Positions 29,622 through 38,418 are shown, counted from the first letter of the stretch. The stretch: DNA of 64,000 bases from Candidatus Multivoradales bacterium (GCA_965223325.1 CBDCWI010000002.1:3072001-3136000), one strand, 5' to 3'. The notes: generated by a model from the sequence alone, not told the origin. Translations and numbers: made by a program.

Positions 29622-30557
29622 TCAGCCTAGACGATCGATGACCAGGGCAGTGAGAACGACGGGCAGGTAGAACAGCGAAGTCAACAGAAGGGCACGCGCC
29701 GTGCCGTCACGACGCCGACGCAGAAAGCGCCAAGAGCGCATGACCATCGCGCCTCCTGATGCCACCGCGATCACCAGATAGATCGGGCCGGCAATCCCGA
29801 GAAGGTAGGGCAGCACGCTGACCGCGAGGAGAAGGGTAGCGGTCACCACCGAGTGCCACCCGCAAGCGACACCGGTCGGTTCAACCACCGACAGCATCTG
29901 CAGACCGCCTCGTTTGTAGTCGTCGCGATACTTCCAGGCGATAGCAAAAAAGTGGGGCAGCTGCCAGAAGAAGAGAATGCCGAACAGAATCCAGGCGATC
30001 ACGCTCTCGGGGCCGATGAGGGCGCGGAGCTGTTCGAGCCAGGCCAGCGCTCCGCTACTCCCGTCGACCGGTTGCGGTCCCTCGAGGAACTGGAATGCTG
30101 CCCACCCCATCATCGGCGGGAGAGCTCCGGGGATCGCTCCGATGTGCGTCGACCAGTAGGTCACCCGCTTGAGCGGCGTGTAGACGAACAGGTAGAGCGT
30201 CATCGTGGCGAGCCCGAGCCCGAGCGTCAACGCGTTGGTGAACAGGCCGAGCAGCAGGGCACCGAAGACGGCGAGCCCGAAACCGAACAGACCAGCCGTG
30301 CCCGCATTGATGGTCGCCGCAGCCAGCGGGCGCGAGCTCGTGCGTTCCATGCTGGCGTCGATATCACGCTCCAGGAGCGCGTTGAACACCGCCGATGCAG
30401 CGGCGAGTAGAAAGGTCCCGACGGCGACAGCGAAAAGGCGCCCAACGTCACCGCGGCCACCCACCATCAGCGCACCCACCACGGTCGTCAACACGACCAT
30501 GATGTTGACGCGCCATTTGGTCATGACGAGCAGAGTGCGAGCGACGCTTGGCTGCAT
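29622..30557 (-). CDS. ctaB: Protoheme IX farnesyltransferase (heme o synthase)
   Basis: N...ERDIDASMERTSSRPL, YTPLKR, GAIPGALPPMMGW, FWQLPHF. Start uncertain (30557 or 30587). Confidence 0.93.
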   Translation of the reverse strand: MQPSVARTLLVMTKWRVNIMVVLTTVVGALMVGGRGDVGRLFAVAVGTFLLAAASAVFNALLERDIDASMERTSSRPLAAATINAGTAGLFGFGLAVFGALLLGLFTNALTLGLGLATMTLYLFVYTPLKRVTYWSTHIGAIPGALPPMMGWAAFQFLEGPQPVDGSSGALAWLEQLRALIGPESVIAWILFGILFFWQLPHFFAIAWKYRDDYKRGGLQMLSVVEPTGVACGWHSVVTATLLLAVSVLPYLLGIAGPIYLVIAVASGGAMVMRSWRFLRRRRDGTARALLLTSLFYLPVVLTALVIDRLG

Positions 30558-30669
30558 CACCAAGCTCTGTGCAGCATTCGAGGACACGAATCTGGGATCC
30601 TTACGTGTGCGGAGGACGCACCAGAGTACCCGCTTGTGAAATCTTTCACAAGCGCCGAAAGCCGTGGTT

Positions 30670-31227
30670 TCAAGGCGATCGGACACTTCGACGGGCAGCG
30701 AGCTCCGCCGCCAGTTCGGCCAGAACGGGAAAGCCCAGGTCGTCGAAGTCACTCTCCCAGAACTCCTCCAGGCCGCGCGCGCCATGCGCCTCGTAGCGCG
30801 CCGCCTTGAGCAGCAGTTGCAGCCGGTCGCAGGCTTTGACGAAGCGCGCCTCGAGGGTCTCCTGGGCCTGGTACTCGTTGGCCAGGGCGGCCGCACGGCC
30901 CGCCAGCGGTGCAAGCACATCGTCCAACGCTCGACGCTCCGCCTTCACCTTCTCCTCACGCGCGAGATAGGCCTGAGCCGTCCGTGGCAGATCGCCGGTG
31001 CGCATCTCTCCCAGGTCATGCAGAAGTGCCAACTGCGTTGCCCGACCCAAATCGAGCCCCGAAACTCGCGAGCCCGCCGCCCAGACCAAAAAGACCACAT
31101 GAAAGGTGTGCTCGGCGACGCTCTCGCAATCGGCAACGCCGCGCAGAAACCATCCCGTACGCGGCACCCGGTCGAGCCCTTCGAGCTCGAGGAGCGTATC
31201 CAGCAGTGTTTCGTTCTTCCTCACCAC
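30670..31227 (-). CDS. HD-domain phosphohydrolase (YfbR/HDDC2-like)
   Basis: RTGW...ESVAEH, ALLHDLGE..TGD, EARFVKACDRL. Confidence 0.9.
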   Translation of the reverse strand: MVRKNETLLDTLLELEGLDRVPRTGWFLRGVADCESVAEHTFHVVFLVWAAGSRVSGLDLGRATQLALLHDLGEMRTGDLPRTAQAYLAREEKVKAERRALDDVLAPLAGRAAALANEYQAQETLEARFVKACDRLQLLLKAARYEAHGARGLEEFWESDFDDLGFPVLAELAAELAARRSVRSP

Positions 31228-31361
31228 CGCATCCTAGCTGCGGCTGCCCGAAGTAGCAGGCTGACCTTTCAATTCGACTTGACGGGCCGCACCTGACCCA
31301 GGGTCGCCACGGTAGGCGCGGGTCTCACAGCGAGGTCCCGTTCCCCTCGAGGAGAACCGAC

Positions 31362-31640
31362 ATGAGCGCCGGTCTGCGACTCTGGATCGCCTTCGCCCTG
31401 CTGGTACCCACCTTCGCTTCGGCCCAGACGCCCTCCGAGGCCGACGAGCTGCGGCGCCGTCTGCTGATGCGCTTTCCCGGGGCAGGCGCCAACGGCGATG
31501 GCACTCTCAGCCAGGCTGAAGCGGTCGCCTTCAGACAAGAGCAGCGGGCGAGTCGCAAAGCGCCGGAAGTCATCGCTCCTCCGCCGACCCACGAAGACGT
31601 GCGCTACGGCCCCTTCGAACGCAACGGCAAGAGCTGCTGA
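31362..31640 (+). pseudogene. Truncated exported EF-hand/alpha-beta hydrolase N-terminus
   Basis: Good RBS (GAGGAG), signal peptide, EF-hand-like ANGDGTLSQAEA, then PTHEDVRYGPFERN (typical start of a lipase/esterase domain) followed by an abrupt stop. Confidence 0.55.
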
Positions 31641-31734
31641 CATCGCTTCGCCCGCACGCCCCATACGTCCTCCCGGCCCTTTGGGGGAAGCAACCTGGCT
31701 TCCTGTCATCATGGGCTCTTTCCTGGAGACGCCC

Positions 31735-33729
31735 ATGACCGATCAACCCCTTCTGCCCGAGATGCCTTCGCCGAAGGGCAGGGGCCCACGGCGCCCTGAC
31801 CGAAGGACCAGAGCCGGCAAGAGCGTTCAGAAGGGACGATTGCGCGTTCACGACCCTTTCGAGCTCGTGCGGTGGCTCGCACTCAGCCAGCCGGATCCGC
31901 GCAAGGCGCTCGCCGAGCTTGTGCAGAACGCCCTCGATGCGCAGGCGACGTACGTGGAAGTGGTGCGCTACCGCAAGAAGGGAATCGCCTGTCTGGAGAT
32001 CCGTGACAATGGAGTCGGAGTGATTCCCGAGTTCCCGCGCGACGAAGCGCTGCGACACATGGCCACCAACATCGGCCATTCGCGTAAGCGCTCGCTCACG
32101 CCGCGCGAGCGTCTCGAGCTCATGACCCAGGGTCAGTACGGCATCGGCCTGCTCGGCTTCTGGAGCCTGGGGCAGACGCTCGAGGTCGAGAGCTGGCGCA
32201 CAAAGCAGGAGCGAGGGCCAGAAGGCGAGGACCAGAAGAAGGAGGTAAATGATCAACAGGGGCGCCCCCATCGCCTCACCCTTCACCGCAACCGGCGCGA
32301 CTGGCTCATCGAGCCCCTGCGCCGCCGCAAGGCTCCCGACCTCCCGTCGACCGTGGTCCGCATCGTCGGGATTCACGACGACGCTCTGCGAGTGCTCACT
32401 GCCAGACGCGCCTCGGTCTACCTCGGCAGCGAACTCCGCGGCCAGCTGCTGGCGCGGGAAGTCGAATTGTGGGTCCACGACCGCATGGCGCGCGGTAGGG
32501 CTCCCCGCCGCCTCGCGGTGGAAGCGAGGCGGTTCACCGGTACGCCCCTCGAGGTAGCGAGCGTTCCGGTGCCGGGCTATCCCGACGTGCAGCTCGACCT
32601 GTATCTCGTCGAGAAAGCGAGATCGCAGAGCCCGGTCTCTCTCTACGCTGCCGGCACGCTCGTCGCCGAGAGCTTCGGCGAACTAGCGCCTCTCAGCCTC
32701 AACCGCCGACCCTGGACCGACCCGCGCCTGACCGGGGTCGTGGAGTTTCCTGCGCTGTCGGTCGCCGCCGGCAGTCGCCGCGGGGTGCTGCCCGATGCGG
32801 CCAGCGCAGCCTTCTGTCGCGCCCTCGAATCCGTCACACCGAGAATCGAGTTCCTGCTCGCCGAGGAGGAGGAGCGCCGCGAAGAAGAGCTCGACCGCTC
32901 TCTCGTGCGCAACCTGCAGAAGGCCTTTCGTGGCATCAGTTCGAGCATGGAGCGCTTCGCGCTTCTGCCGGTCGAAGACGGCAGCGAAGGGCCACCGGCG
33001 CCGGGCGGCAGCGAGGCCCAGGAAGAGCAAGCGTCGGCAGACGAATCCGACGAGGCGACGGAGGCAGTCGCAGGCGAGGCGGAGGGGCGAGCGGTGCTCG
33101 AAACGCCGGCCTTCACCACCACCGAGGCACCTCTGTCCGAATCCGCACCGACCGGCGCCCTCCACGAAGTCCGCATCGAGCCCTCCCGCCTTCGACTCCG
33201 CCCGGGGGCGGCCCGCATCGTCCGTGCCCGCGCCTTCGACGCGGACGGGCGGCTGATCGGCGGCCGCGTCGACTACCTGTGGCGCCTGGTCGACCTGCCA
33301 GGCGAGGTGGAGGAGTTGCCGAGCCTCGGTTCCAAAGTCAGGGTGCGTGCACAGGGGTCTCCCACAGCCGGCAGCCTGCGAGTCGTAGCTTGTCAGGGCG
33401 ACCACCGCGCGACCGCCGAGATTCCGGTCGAACTCCTCGAGCCTCGTCCCGAGAGGGCCGAGGGTTCGGAGGGTGTTCCCGAACCCGAGTTGGTCGGCGA
33501 CTCCGGGGCACTCTGGCGCTCCCGCGTGCGAGCGGGGCGCTGGCAGGTCAATTCGGCGCACCCTTCGTGGTCCGAGGTTGCTTCCCAGCCGGCGCTCAAA
33601 CTGCGCTACCTCGCCTTGCTCTACGCCAAAGAAGTCGTCGTCGCGACGCACCGCGATCCTCGACTGGCCGAACCGCTCGAGGAGCTCGTGGACATCTTCG
33701 GCTACGCCGACAGGAACCTGGCGCGCTAG
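31735..33729 (+). CDS. GHKL (HATPase_c_3, MORC/MutL/Hsp90-like) ATPase with C-terminal Ig-like region
   Basis: ALAELVQNALDA (N box), DNGVG (G1), GQYGIG (G2), STVVRI (G3); GGAG RBS before ATG 31735. Confidence 0.8.
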   Translation: MTDQPLLPEMPSPKGRGPRRPDRRTRAGKSVQKGRLRVHDPFELVRWLALSQPDPRKALAELVQNALDAQATYVEVVRYRKKGIACLEIRDNGVGVIPEFPRDEALRHMATNIGHSRKRSLTPRERLELMTQGQYGIGLLGFWSLGQTLEVESWRTKQERGPEGEDQKKEVNDQQGRPHRLTLHRNRRDWLIEPLRRRKAPDLPSTVVRIVGIHDDALRVLTARRASVYLGSELRGQLLAREVELWVHDRMARGRAPRRLAVEARRFTGTPLEVASVPVPGYPDVQLDLYLVEKARSQSPVSLYAAGTLVAESFGELAPLSLNRRPWTDPRLTGVVEFPALSVAAGSRRGVLPDAASAAFCRALESVTPRIEFLLAEEEERREEELDRSLVRNLQKAFRGISSSMERFALLPVEDGSEGPPAPGGSEAQEEQASADESDEATEAVAGEAEGRAVLETPAFTTTEAPLSESAPTGALHEVRIEPSRLRLRPGAARIVRARAFDADGRLIGGRVDYLWRLVDLPGEVEELPSLGSKVRVRAQGSPTAGSLRVVACQGDHRATAEIPVELLEPRPERAEGSEGVPEPELVGDSGALWRSRVRAGRWQVNSAHPSWSEVASQPALKLRYLALLYAKEVVVATHRDPRLAEPLEELVDIFGYADRNLAR

Positions 33730-33759
33730 ACCGGCCAGCTCCAGCAAAAGCACGTTCCT

Positions 33760-33882
33760 CGTCAGTCACAGAACCGACTCTTCGCGGGGTTCCCGCCTCC
33801 GAAACACACGTTTCGTACAAACACAGGCGCTGGGGTGGCTCAGTCTCCGATGACTGAATGGCTCGCTTTTCCGTGACTGGCG
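33760..33882. ncRNA. Candidate multibranch structured RNA or DNA element
   Basis: 14-bp closing stem (33760-33773 with 33869-33882) enclosing three hairpins (33784-33796, 33800-33815, 33840-33857). No known family recognised. Confidence 0.3.
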
Positions 33883-34078
33883 ACAGCCGACCCGGTACAT
33901 GCAACCCCGGGACTCTGAGTCGCGTGTAGGAGAGAGCCTTGCCTCAAGCTCGGAGCGCGACGAAGCCGGCGGCTGCAAAGTCGCCATCGAAGGCGAGGGC
34001 CTCCCTGACTACGCCCTCCGGTGTTTCGCCGATCCGGTGGCTGAGGATCATCGGCCCCGACCCGAGAGGCCCGAAACC

Positions 34079-34125
34079 TTGACAAAGGGCACTGTCGCGC
34101 TAAAATCTGAATCCTAATTCAGATT
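34079..34125 (+). promoter_or_regulatory. Sigma70 promoter overlapped by a palindromic TetR operator
   Basis: TTGACA (34079-34084), 16 bp, TAAAAT (34101-34106); perfect inverted repeat AATCTGAAT-CCTA-ATTCAGATT (34104-34125). Confidence 0.8.
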
Positions 34126-34175
34126 CGGTTCCGCAGGAAGAGGTCTCTTCGGCCTCGTATCGGAGGAGTTCGACG

Positions 34176-34907
34176 TTGGCAACCACCAAGACGGACAGCG
34201 CGCCGCACAGGAGTCGTTGGATCTCCGATCTGCACTGGGTGCGCCCCGGTCAGCAGACGCGGAGCCAGAAGACGCAGGAAGCGCTGCTCGACGCTGCCGA
34301 GACGTTGTTCTACGAGAAGGGCGCCGACGCGACTTCCGTGGCCGATGTCGCCGAGCGTGCCGGCTACTCGGTGGGCAGCGTCTATCACCACTTCCGTGAC
34401 AAGAAGGCGCTGCTCTACTCCCTCTACGACCGGATGACGACGCAGTACGAAGCGACCGCTCGCGAGGCGGTCGATCCCGCGCGCTGGGAAGAAGCCTCGA
34501 TCGTCGACATCTTGCGCGGCTACCTCCGCTTCTCACTCACCGCCATGCGCGATCGGCCCGGGTTCAAGCTCGCGGGGCTCGAAGCCTCCCGCCACGATCC
34601 CGCCCTGCTCGTGCACTTCGGGGAGCTCAGGTTGGAGTTCCTCGAGGGCCTGGCGGCGTTGCTGCTCGCCCGGCGTGCGGAGATCGGGCACCCGGATCCC
34701 GAGCGCGCGGTGAGGTTCGCGCTCGATCAGCTCGCTTCGATGATCAAGACCCGGCTGAACCCCCTGTTGATGAGCACGATGCTGGCCGAAGAGCCCGACG
34801 AGCTCTTCGAGTGTGAGGCGCTGCGTTCGGTGTGCGCCTATCTGCAGCTGGCTGGAAGCGAGGGAGGTCACCACCGTCGAATCGATGCACTCGGCCGCAA
34901 AGAATGA
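34176..34907 (+). CDS. TetR-family transcriptional regulator
   Basis: LLDAAETLFYEKG..ATSVADVAERAGYSVGSVYHHFRDK; GGAGG RBS and TTG start. Confidence 0.92.
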   Translation: MATTKTDSAPHRSRWISDLHWVRPGQQTRSQKTQEALLDAAETLFYEKGADATSVADVAERAGYSVGSVYHHFRDKKALLYSLYDRMTTQYEATAREAVDPARWEEASIVDILRGYLRFSLTAMRDRPGFKLAGLEASRHDPALLVHFGELRLEFLEGLAALLLARRAEIGHPDPERAVRFALDQLASMIKTRLNPLLMSTMLAEEPDELFECEALRSVCAYLQLAGSEGGHHRRIDALGRKE

Positions 34908-34919
34908 GGAGAGCAATCC

Positions 34920-35732
34920 ATGAAGGACTTCAACGACAAGGTCGTCGTCATCACCGGAGGTGCCACCGGAATCGGCTTTTCCTTCGCCAAGCGCTTCGGC
35001 GAGGAGGGAGCCCGAGTGCTCGTCGCGGGCCTGCGGCCGGATCGGGTCGAGCACGCCGAGGCGGAGCTCAAAGAGCTCGGCGTCGATGCGGCCGGTACCC
35101 TCTGCGACGTGAGCGACCGCTCCCAAGTCGAAGCGCTGGCCGATCACGCGTGGGAGACGTACGGCGGGGTCGACGTGATCGTCAACAACGCCGGCATCGG
35201 TGGGATGCGCTCTTCGGTCATCGACGCGGAGCGCGAAATGATCGACGCGGTGCTCGCCGTCAATCTCTTCGGGGTGTGGAACGGAGTGTCCGTGTTCGGC
35301 AAGCGCTTCATCGAACGGGGAACGCCGGCCGCCATCTACAACGTCGGCTCGGAGAACTCGTTCTTCAATGCCGTTCCCCACAACTCGCCGTACGTCGCGA
35401 GCAAGCACGGCGTCTTCGTGCTCACCGAAGCGCTACGCGAGGAGGTCCCCGACTTCATCGAAGTCGGGCTCATCGCTCCCGGCTTCGTGCAGTCCGAGAT
35501 CTCGGAGCACATGTCGGCGGGCATGGACACCGACAGGTACACCCACATCGCCATGGAACAGATCAAGGCGGGGGAGTTCTACATCGTCTCGCACGCCTAC
35601 AACAGCGTGCGCATCGACGAGCGCTACGACGAGATCTCACGGTCCTATGCCAGGTACGCGCCGCGCTACGAAGGCGACGACGAATTCGACGTCCGCTCCC
35701 TGCTGGCCAGGCTGCAGGCACAGCGGGGCTGA
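34920..35732 (+). CDS. Short-chain dehydrogenase/reductase
   Basis: TGGATGIG, VNNAG, YVASK. Confidence 0.93.
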   Translation: MKDFNDKVVVITGGATGIGFSFAKRFGEEGARVLVAGLRPDRVEHAEAELKELGVDAAGTLCDVSDRSQVEALADHAWETYGGVDVIVNNAGIGGMRSSVIDAEREMIDAVLAVNLFGVWNGVSVFGKRFIERGTPAAIYNVGSENSFFNAVPHNSPYVASKHGVFVLTEALREEVPDFIEVGLIAPGFVQSEISEHMSAGMDTDRYTHIAMEQIKAGEFYIVSHAYNSVRIDERYDEISRSYARYAPRYEGDDEFDVRSLLARLQAQRG

Positions 35733-35841
35733 CCCCTGGCGCCAGATTGGCGCGATCGGCCAGTGAGGTGGCGCCTTGTGCTGGCGACGCTGGGCGTGAC
35801 AACGAGACGTAATCCAACCGAAGCAACGTAGGAGACATCCA

Positions 35842-36753
35842 ATGGCACACTGGACTTTCGACGATATTCCCGATCAGGCCGGACGTACGGTCATCGTGAC
35901 CGGCGCCAACAGCGGGATCGGCTTCGAGGCCGCACGGGCTCTCGTGCGCAAGGGCGCCTCGGTGACCCTGGCCTGCCGCAACCCCGAGAAGGGCCGCGCC
36001 GCGGTCGACCGCATTCTCGAGGAGGCCGCGAACGGCGATGCCTCGCTCGAGCTGCTCGACCTCTCCGACCTCGAGAACGTCAGCTCCTTCGCGGAGCGCT
36101 TCCGTCAGCAGCACCAGAGACTCGATCTCCTCATCCTCAACGCCGGGGTCATGGTGCCACCGGAAAGCCAGACCAGGCAGGGGTTCGAGCTCCAGTTCGG
36201 CGTGAACCACCTGGGACACTTCGCGCTCACCGGCCGGCTGCTGCCGCTGCTCACGGCCACTCCCGAGAGCCGGGTCGTAGTGGTGTCGAGCACGGCGGCT
36301 TCGATGGGGAAGATGGACTTCGAAGACCTCCACTTCACCGAGCGGGGCTACAAGCCCTGGCCCGCCTACGGGCAGAGCAAGCTGGCGAACCAACTGTTCG
36401 CGCTCGAGCTGCAGAGGCGTCTCGAAGCGACGGGAGCGCCGACGCTCGTCACCGCTGCCCATCCCGGCTGGACCGTGACCGATCTCCAGCGGACTTCCGG
36501 GATGGCCAGCTTTCTCAATCCCTTCTTCGGGATGAAGCCGGAGCAGGGCGCATTGCCGACGCTGCGCGCCGCGACCGATCCCACCAGCCGCGGTGGGACG
36601 TACTACGGGCCGCACGGTCTCATGCAGATGCGCGGCTATCCGGTCGTGGTCGAGATGGTGAAGCAGGCGCAGAGCCCCGCCGATGCGGCGCGTCTGTGGG
36701 AGATCAGCGAGGAGCTCACCGGAGTGAGTTACGACCGGGCGTTGGCCGCCTGA
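35842..36753 (+). CDS. Short-chain dehydrogenase/reductase (retinol dehydrogenase/WWOX-like)
   Basis: TGANSGIG, NAGVM, FGVNHLGHF, YGQSKLAN, AHPG. Confidence 0.93.
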   Translation: MAHWTFDDIPDQAGRTVIVTGANSGIGFEAARALVRKGASVTLACRNPEKGRAAVDRILEEAANGDASLELLDLSDLENVSSFAERFRQQHQRLDLLILNAGVMVPPESQTRQGFELQFGVNHLGHFALTGRLLPLLTATPESRVVVVSSTAASMGKMDFEDLHFTERGYKPWPAYGQSKLANQLFALELQRRLEATGAPTLVTAAHPGWTVTDLQRTSGMASFLNPFFGMKPEQGALPTLRAATDPTSRGGTYYGPHGLMQMRGYPVVVEMVKQAQSPADAARLWEISEELTGVSYDRALAA

Positions 36754-36980
36754 GTCACGGCGCATCGCGGCCTGGGCTGGGAGGGTCTGCAGCTTCGCGA
36801 GGTGCCATGCCGCGACTATCAGCGTGCGGGAAGCAGCGTGTACCGGGGAGTTCGGGCAGCGCGAAACGGCCTCGGCTGCTTGTAAGGAACCCGCGAGTCT
36901 CTGCGTCCTAGAAGACGGCGGTTCCTACCTCGGTGACGCGGGCTGCTCAGCAGTCAGGGTTCGCAGACGGTTTGCGTCTC

Positions 36981-37094
36981 ATCGTCTCCGACTACGAGAG
37001 AGGCGAACTCAGGTTCAATGGTGAGCTCATCATCGAGCTCACCAGCATCTTCGGAGTCTCACCGGACGAAATCCTCGGACTTCAAAAGACAAAG
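36981..37094 (+). pseudogene. XRE-family HTH regulator fragment
   Basis: IVSDYERGELRFNGELIIELTSIFGVSPDEILG matches the C-terminal half of an XRE HTH; no N-terminal helices. Confidence 0.6.
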
Positions 37095-37101
37095 AGACTC
37101 G

Positions 37102-37227
37102 CGCTCGGGTCCTCGATGCGGTTGGTCAGCTCGTCGATGGCGTAGGTCGTAGGTATGCGATCGGAATTCCTTTCTGCCGGCCGAGGGCGTTGAGGGCTGC
37201 CCGAACTGCCGGGTACACGAATCTCGC
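37102..37227 (-). repeat. Internally deleted Rhs-core relic (left)
   Basis: 37102-37155 matches 39737-39790 at 53/54 nt and 37196-37227 matches 40503-40534 at 26/32 nt. Reads in one frame as EIRVPGSSGS...PTTYAIDELTNRIEDPS. Confidence 0.85.
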
Positions 37228-37270
37228 CACGGATCTCACTAGGCATAGCAAGCCATCTCTAACTGCGAGC

Positions 37271-37758
37271 CTACGCTTCGCCGTCGTCCGGAACTGGTAT
37301 CGGCCAGTCGAGCACCTCCCCCGGTCGCTCTCCCTCAAGCCACCAACCCAAGCCGCAGCAGGTCCCACACATCACCTTCGACGTCGCCGCGAGAGGGAGC
37401 ATTCCGGCACCCTTGCAGACCGAACATACGATGCCCACGTCTGGGCGTTTGGGGACGAGCTTCAAAAAAAGGGAACCCGAGCACTCGCACGCCGAAGATA
37501 CCCGAACAGCAGCGCACCCCGGACACTGTCGGCTCGCGTCTGGCCACTGGCGACCGGTACTTCCAGCATCGCGCCCTCCGGCGTCAGAATGCAGAGCCCG
37601 GCGAAGTCTCGATAAACAACGACGGAACCGTGATACTCGGCCAGGACACGCCCCTCGTCAGAGCCTGGGGAGTATCTTTGCAGGTCCCTCGCAGCTTGAC
37701 CACGAAAGGCTTCTCTGACAGCCACGAGTGAGACTCTTTCGGTGTCTGCAACGCTCAC
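37271..37758 (-). pseudogene. Candidate immunity protein paralog with C-terminal zinc finger, frameshifted at a T7 run
   Basis: ORFs 37462-37758 and 37271-37465 together align end to end with 37939-38418. One extra T in the run at 37464-37470 restores the frame. Confidence 0.8.
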
Positions 37759-37938
37759 TTCGGAACATACCTGAACAAGAGTCGTCCATGTTGATAGGCC
37801 CAGGTCTCGAAGAGGTGAAAGAAGCCGGTCAGGACTGGGCGGCCGCCCTCAACCAGTTCGCCATTCGCCATGGTGACAGGATCCAATTCTGAAACATGGG
37901 CCGCCGACTTACACAGCTCACTTGGCAGGCCCACCCAA
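37755..37938 (-). pseudogene. Orphan remnant of a paralogous Rhs toxin tip
   Basis: Ends ETWAYQHGRLLFRYVPK*, versus EVWIYQYGRLLFRYTPR* in the Rhs CT (12/17 identical). GTGA overlap with the downstream gene. Confidence 0.75.
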
Positions 37939-38418
37939 TCACTCTTCACCAGCAAAGAACTCAATCACAGCGCCCGGTTGCTCGCCAGGCAACCACCATC
38001 CCAAGTGGTAGCAGGTTCCACACCCGATAGTGTGAGGACCTTCGGGCGGAGGAAAGGGAAGAAGACCTGAGCCTTTGCATGTCACGCAAACAACTGCCTC
38101 AGGTGGCCGTTCCGGCACTAACTCGGCAAAGAAGGTGGCGCGGGTGCCGGCGTAGCGAAGACTACCGAGCATCTCCGACCCCGTTACCCTTCTGACGGAT
38201 CGAGTTGCGTAGTCGATCTCCAACATCGACCCATCTGGGACCAGAATGCAGAGACCAGAGTCATCGAATAGAACGACCACTGATCCTGGGTGTTCAACTC
38301 TCAGAATCTGGCCGGCTTCCGAGTTCGGTGGGAAGCGAACGAGATCATTCACTCGCTGGGTTTCGAACGTATCGGAAACGCCCTTTAGTGAGACACGATC
38401 CCACCGGGAGCCACTCAT
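37939..38418 (-). CDS. Candidate cognate immunity protein with DnaJ-type CxxCxGxG zinc finger
   Basis: ATGA overlap with the Rhs stop; CVTCKGSG...CGTCYHLGWW; visibly lower GC than flanking host genes. Confidence 0.75.
   Translation of the reverse strand: MSGSRWDRVSLKGVSDTFETQRVNDLVRFPPNSEAGQILRVEHPGSVVVLFDDSGLCILVPDGSMLEIDYATRSVRRVTGSEMLGSLRYAGTRATFFAELVPERPPEAVVCVTCKGSGLLPFPPPEGPHTIGCGTCYHLGWWLPGEQPGAVIEFFAGEE

Noticed and set aside
33760-33882. Structured element considered as a tRNA or integron attC site
   Set aside because: No T-loop GTTCRA, D-loop or CCA in the right geometry, and no RYYYAAC/GTTRRRY ends
37203-37216. 14-bp identity with 40043-40056 (YPAV segment of the Rhs core)
   Set aside because: Better explained by the longer in-frame match to 40503-40534. 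It may be chance microhomology, though it could have assisted rearrangement.
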